Shown in pieces: positions 28,073-32,000 of a stretch of DNA of 32,000 nt. Source of the stretch: Aeropyrum pernix K1 (lineage in GTDB: Archaea > Thermoproteota > Thermoprotei_A > Sulfolobales > Acidilobaceae). The stretch lies in NCBI RefSeq assembly GCF_000011125.1, contig NC_000854.2:1590001-1622000 (forward strand), written 5' to 3'. Below the pieces are notes generated by a model. That model did no database searches. It was not told the DNA's origin and was given only the letters and a program-made list of their open reading frames with translations. Position numbers and translations under genes: made by a program. Position 1 is the stretch's first letter. Each line of letters opens with the position of its first letter.

Positions 28073-29182
28073 TTAGGAGCCCGCTATCTTCCACTCCTCC
28101 TTCCATGCCCCCATTTCCTTGAGGAACTTCGCCAGGCCTGGGTGGACAGGGACTAGGTCCGCGAGCGACTCTATCGCCTGTACCTGGAATCCCACGAAGT
28201 CCTCCTTAAGCTGGCTGAAAGCGGGGTCTAGGCTTGCCAGCTCGTCTATGTTATCGTAGGTGGTCTTTATAATCTTGTATACTATGTCTTCACTAAGGTT
28301 TAGCCCGGTATGGAACCCATAGAAAATCCTGACACCGACGAACTCGTCAACGCCAACAGGCTCTGGGAACGTGTTTGCCGAGACTCTTGCCACGGGTATG
28401 CCTGCCTGCTCTAGCTTGTCAATCTCCTCTGGACACGGGTTGACAACCACAAGGTCGATCTGGGCTAGCATGTTCTGTATCCACGGCGCCACGCTCCTCT
28501 CTCCAGTGACGTAGACCCCTGTGGCCACTATGTCTCCCCTGCTGAGGCTGGTGGCTACGGCCTCGAGATCCAGCTCCTTGTGGTTGTAGTTAATTCCGAG
28601 GGCGTCGAGAGCGTTCCTAAGTGCTGTACCTGTATCCCAGCCCAGGGGGAGCGTGAAGATAGTCTTCCCGTCAAAGTCGCTCCAGCACTTGAACTCGTCG
28701 GCCCTATCCTTGGGTACCGCGAGGCCAATGTCAATAGTGAACACCCATAGGGTTTGGACGGGCAGTCTGTCAGCCGTGAATCCCTCAAACCTTCCAGTGC
28801 TTGTGTACATCTCTTTAAAAGCTATATCAGCACCATAAGCCCCGTCTAGATCGCCTTTGGCAAATCCTTTCATACTTGCTATTGCACCGGACTGAGGCTC
28901 AACCACTATCTCAATCTCAGGAATCTCCCTGTTTAGCACTTGGGCTAAAGTTGTGAGGGCCTTGTAACCGCTGGAGCCTACCCTGGAGGTGCCCCATCTT
29001 ATAACTAGCTTCTCGGCCTCGGGGGATGTTGTAGTCTCACCGACTCCTGTCTGCGTCTCTGTAGGCGTCGCTGCAGGAGCTTGCTCCTCACCTCCCCCCA
29101 GGAGCATATATCCTGCAACGAGGATAATCAGCACGACTACTACGGCTCCTACAGCTATTAATAGGTTCCTATTCTCGGCCAA
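28073..29182 (-). CDS. TAXI-family TRAP transporter substrate-binding protein
   Basis: N-terminal TM anchor LLIAVGAVVVVLIILVAGYMLLG, Thr/Pro-rich linker, then VIRWGTSRVGSSGYKALTTLAQVLNREIPEIEIVVEPQSGAIASMKGFAKGDLDGAY. TTG start. Confidence 0.9.
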   Translation of the reverse strand: MAENRNLLIAVGAVVVVLIILVAGYMLLGGGEEQAPAATPTETQTGVGETTTSPEAEKLVIRWGTSRVGSSGYKALTTLAQVLNREIPEIEIVVEPQSGAIASMKGFAKGDLDGAYGADIAFKEMYTSTGRFEGFTADRLPVQTLWVFTIDIGLAVPKDRADEFKCWSDFDGKTIFTLPLGWDTGTALRNALDALGINYNHKELDLEAVATSLSRGDIVATGVYVTGERSVAPWIQNMLAQIDLVVVNPCPEEIDKLEQAGIPVARVSANTFPEPVGVDEFVGVRIFYGFHTGLNLSEDIVYKIIKTTYDNIDELASLDPAFSQLKEDFVGFQVQAIESLADLVPVHPGLAKFLKEMGAWKEEWKIAGS

Positions 29183-29252
29183 AGTACCACCCGACCGTTT
29201 TCCAGCTACTCCTACAATAGAGAATGTAGTATAGAAATGTTTTATAAATAGA

Positions 29253-29267
29253 CGAACATATAGTTCG
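29253..29267. promoter_or_regulatory. Inverted repeat CGAAC-ATATA-GTTCG abutting a TATA-like box (TTTTATAAAT, 29240..29249) upstream of the TAXI-TRAP genes
   Basis: Read directly. It lies immediately upstream of the presumed box A for the minus-strand operon. Confidence 0.4.
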
Positions 29268-29359
29268 CCAGTTAAAGAGAACGCAAAACTATGAAGCCCT
29301 TATCCTAGAAGAGAACATCTAGCCCCTCTCAAAATCGAGGAGCAATGGTCTCCTAAAGT

Positions 29360-30145
29360 CTAGGGGATCTGGAGGAGTTCTGCCAATATTTTTTCCCGTA
29401 GCTGAGGGTTTTTCATGAAGGCTGTCCCTACGAGAATGGCTTGTGCCCCTGCTTTGAAAGCCTTAAGTGCTTTATCGGGAGAGTCTATCCCGCTTTCAGC
29501 TACTAGTATCACTTCTCCCGGCAGCTGTTCTCTGGCCTTGGAGACCTCTCTCAACATAGCTTCATAGTCCACCCTGAGTGTTTTCAGATCTCTGCTGTTC
29601 ACCCCTATAATCGATCCAGGGGCAAGCCTAGAAGCCTCGACAGCGTGGCTGGCGTCGGGCGTTTCAACTAGCACTTCGACACCGTATCTGGAGGCAGCGG
29701 CTGCGAGTTCCTGAAGTTCTCTCGGGGTTAGTGCCTCCATTATTAGGAGCGCCGCCGATGCTCCCATACAGGCTGCAATCCTGATCTGGGTTTCACTCAC
29801 TATGAAGTCCTTGGCAAGGACCGGTTTGTACCTGGCGAAGTAGGGTATTAACTCTATGCTTCCGCAGAACCAGTTCGGCTCTGTTAGAACGCTATATGCG
29901 GCCGAGGCATCTCTAGTGGCTTGTACATAGCTCACTGGATCAAGGGTGGATATTGCACCAGCGGAAGGGCTACACCTCTTGTACTCGGCTATTACCGCTC
30001 CGCCTACACGGTACACCCACTCCCTTATCGAGCTGGAGAGGCTAGGCCTACCAGGCTTGGGGCTACAGTTCCCCGCGATTTCCTCTAACAGGGAGGTCCT
30101 GTCCTTCGCACTGGCTATTGCCTTCTGCAGGAAGCTATCTCTCAC
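29360..30145 (-). CDS. trpC: Indole-3-glycerol phosphate synthase
   Basis: AEYKRCSPSAG, VLAKDFIV, LVETPD, IGVNSRDLKTL, VAESGI, ILVGTAFM. Confidence 0.96.
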   Translation of the reverse strand: MRDSFLQKAIASAKDRTSLLEEIAGNCSPKPGRPSLSSSIREWVYRVGGAVIAEYKRCSPSAGAISTLDPVSYVQATRDASAAYSVLTEPNWFCGSIELIPYFARYKPVLAKDFIVSETQIRIAACMGASAALLIMEALTPRELQELAAAASRYGVEVLVETPDASHAVEASRLAPGSIIGVNSRDLKTLRVDYEAMLREVSKAREQLPGEVILVAESGIDSPDKALKAFKAGAQAILVGTAFMKNPQLREKILAELLQIP

Positions 30146-30789
30146 GAACTACACCTCTTAGCGCCCATGATAAGCTCTGCGGATAAGAGTGGGTCTTTAA
30201 CGCCGGGCACTCCTGTCTCAACGCCTCTACTCACATCTATCAGTGAAACCCCTGTTTCCACAGCCTTGCATGCGTCTCTTGGAGTTAATCCTCCGGCTAG
30301 CCCCACTCGGTGGCTGCATCTGGACGCTTTTGCTGCCTCGTTGAGAGGGATTCTGTCTCTCAAACCCTTAGTAGTGTCGAGTAGGATGTACTCTGGCTCC
30401 ACTCCCTCTTTGTTTAGCTCATTTATGTAGCCACAGGGCTCCTGAGGCTTCCAAGCGGAGCCAGTGTACTCGACCACGACTGCCAGGGTGACTCCTAGAG
30501 GGTCTAATGTAGCCTGGAGGCTGGCAGCCGATGAGGGGAGAAGGGGCTCGTGGTACTGTAGTACGTCGAAGCCGTCTGCGGCTGCGGCTGCATAGCTGGG
30601 CGAAGACCCGTGGACTACTAGGACGGTCTTGCTCTTCTCGATTTGAGAAGCCATGATTCTGGCCGCCTCCAGGGGAACACTCCTCGGGCCTCCCAGGAGG
30701 CTGTGCACGAACCCGATGTAGTCAACCAGCCCGTCGAGCTGCAGTGCAGACTCTAGCTTTTTGACCCCGCATATCTTCACTTTCACCAC
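30142..30789 (-). CDS. trpF: Phosphoribosylanthranilate isomerase
   Basis: VKVKICGVKK, DYIGFVHS, VLVVHG, LAGGLTP, IDVSRGVETGVPGVKD. Overlaps trpC and trpB ends. Confidence 0.95.
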   Translation of the reverse strand: MVKVKICGVKKLESALQLDGLVDYIGFVHSLLGGPRSVPLEAARIMASQIEKSKTVLVVHGSSPSYAAAAADGFDVLQYHEPLLPSSAASLQATLDPLGVTLAVVVEYTGSAWKPQEPCGYINELNKEGVEPEYILLDTTKGLRDRIPLNEAAKASRCSHRVGLAGGLTPRDACKAVETGVSLIDVSRGVETGVPGVKDPLLSAELIMGAKRCSS

Positions 30790-32000
30790 ATAGAAGCACC
30801 TCTTATCTCTAAAGCCTTCTGAAGGGCGTCCAGATCTAGGAGGCCGTGGCCGCTAAGGTTAAACGCGACTACAGAACCATCAGGCAGTTTTCTAGCGATT
30901 CTGGCAGCCAACGCGACGGCATGGCTGCTCTCAGGGGCTGGGACCACCCCCTCACTCCGCGCCATAAGCAGTATTGACGCGAGAGCCTCCTCTTGGGGTA
31001 TTGCTTCCGCCTCAACCAGGCCGAGACGGCGTAGGATGCTGAGGCTCGGGGACACCCCGTGGTAGCGGAGGCCCGCTGCGTGGCTGGGAGGTGGAGTGTA
31101 GCGGTGTCCTAGAGTGTACATCTTCGCTAGGGGGAGGATGAGGCTGGAGTCTAGGCCGTCGTACCTGTACTCGCCTCTTGTGAGCTTCGGCGCGGCGGTG
31201 CTCTCAGCCGCTATGAACCTTGTCTTCTCAAAGCCTTCGCCCCTGAGCCGGGCCCCTATCATGGGGTATGTGAAGCCTCCAAAGTTGCTGCCCCCTCCCA
31301 CACACGCTACAACAACGTCAGGCTCCTCGGGGAGCTGATCCAGAGCCTCTAAGCCTATGACGGTCTGGTGCATAAGGACTGCCTCCAGCACGCTCCCAGG
31401 TAGGTAGCGTCGGTCCCCTGATTCCAGGGTGTACTCCACAGCCTCTGCTATAGCAAGGCCAAGGCTACCCGGGTGGGTGCTACCATACTCCTCCAAGGCC
31501 TCCCTGCCTGTGTCAGTAAGCTTGCTCGGGCTAGAGATCACTCTAGCGCCCTGGGCCTCCATGAGAAGTCTCCTCTGGATCTTCGACTTGAAGCTGCTGG
31601 CAGTCATGAACACTGTAGCCTTCAAACCCATTAATGCTGCGGCAGTGGAGGCCGCTAACCCCCATTGGCCTGCTCCAGTTTCTGTCACAATCTCTTTAGC
31701 TCCGTCTAGCTTAGCGTAATAGGCCTGGGCTATGGCCGTGTTAATCTTGTGGCTCCCCGTAGGTAGAACGGCCTCACTCTTATAATATATCCGAACCCTA
31801 CCTTTCACCCCGAGGACCTTCTCCAGCCCTTCGGCCCTGATGAGAGGGGTAGGCCTGCCAATCCTGGCTAGTGCCTTCCTCACCTCGCCGGGAATGTCAA
31901 CCCACCTCGCCAGGATGTACTCATCCTCTATCAACCTAGACGGCAGGATCCTCGAGAGGAGAGCGATCCTACTCTCCTCCCGCAACCCCTCGGGATCCCT
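30783..32000 (-). CDS. trpB: Tryptophan synthase beta chain, TrpB2 type; N-terminus continues beyond window
   Basis: GRPTPLIRAEGLEK, LPTGSHKINTA, ETGAGQWG, GGGSNFGG, ESTAAPKLTRGEYRYD. The frame stays open past the listed TTG at 31985 to the window edge (RDPEG-LREESR...), matching the expected longer N-terminus. Confidence 0.93.
   Translation of the reverse strand, partial: RDPEGLREESRIALLSRILPSRLIEDEYILARWVDIPGEVRKALARIGRPTPLIRAEGLEKVLGVKGRVRIYYKSEAVLPTGSHKINTAIAQAYYAKLDGAKEIVTETGAGQWGLAASTAAALMGLKATVFMTASSFKSKIQRRLLMEAQGARVISSPSKLTDTGREALEEYGSTHPGSLGLAIAEAVEYTLESGDRRYLPGSVLEAVLMHQTVIGLEALDQLPEEPDVVVACVGGGSNFGGFTYPMIGARLRGEGFEKTRFIAAESTAAPKLTRGEYRYDGLDSSLILPLAKMYTLGHRYTPPPSHAAGLRYHGVSPSLSILRRLGLVEAEAIPQEEALASILLMARSEGVVPAPESSHAVALAARIARKLPDGSVVAFNLSGHGLLDLDALQKALEIRGASMW

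Overview
This 32 kb window looks like a chromosomal segment of a hyperthermophilic crenarchaeon. Many starts are TTG or GTG, packing is tight, and the proteins look archaeal. An Aeropyrum-like desulfurococcale is an inference only. About 29 coding regions can be supported. In order they are: the 3' end of an amidohydrolase; an SDR oxidoreductase; a coiled-coil/wHTH regulator; a D-2-hydroxyacid dehydrogenase followed by a ThDP (acetolactate-synthase-like) enzyme; a DrrA-type ABC exporter with an HxlR/DUF24 regulator, divergent from a CatE-like VOC protein; a maleate-isomerase/Asp-Glu-racemase-like gene divergent from livKHMGF-hyuA-hyuB; a thioredoxin-domain DUF255 protein; a DUF998-like protein; an EamA transporter; an NhaC-type antiporter; a YbaK deacylase; a TAXI-TRAP transporter; and trpB2-trpF-trpC, with trpB running off the window edge. 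No CRISPR array, transposon, rRNA or convincing tRNA was seen. The best items for follow-up are: (1) an ORF missing from the supplied track, 18531..18860 (-), encoding a 109-aa membrane-anchored winged-helix protein with no ATG/GTG/TTG start; (2) the linked racemase/liv/hyu locus, a candidate pathway for uptake and hydrolysis of a cyclic amide; (3) the HxlR-CatE-ABC module with a CTTTAC-TTT-GTAAAG palindrome in the divergent promoter; (4) several intergenic perfect inverted repeats; and (5) possible decayed coding sequence next to the racemase gene. No clearly new defence or mobile system was found.
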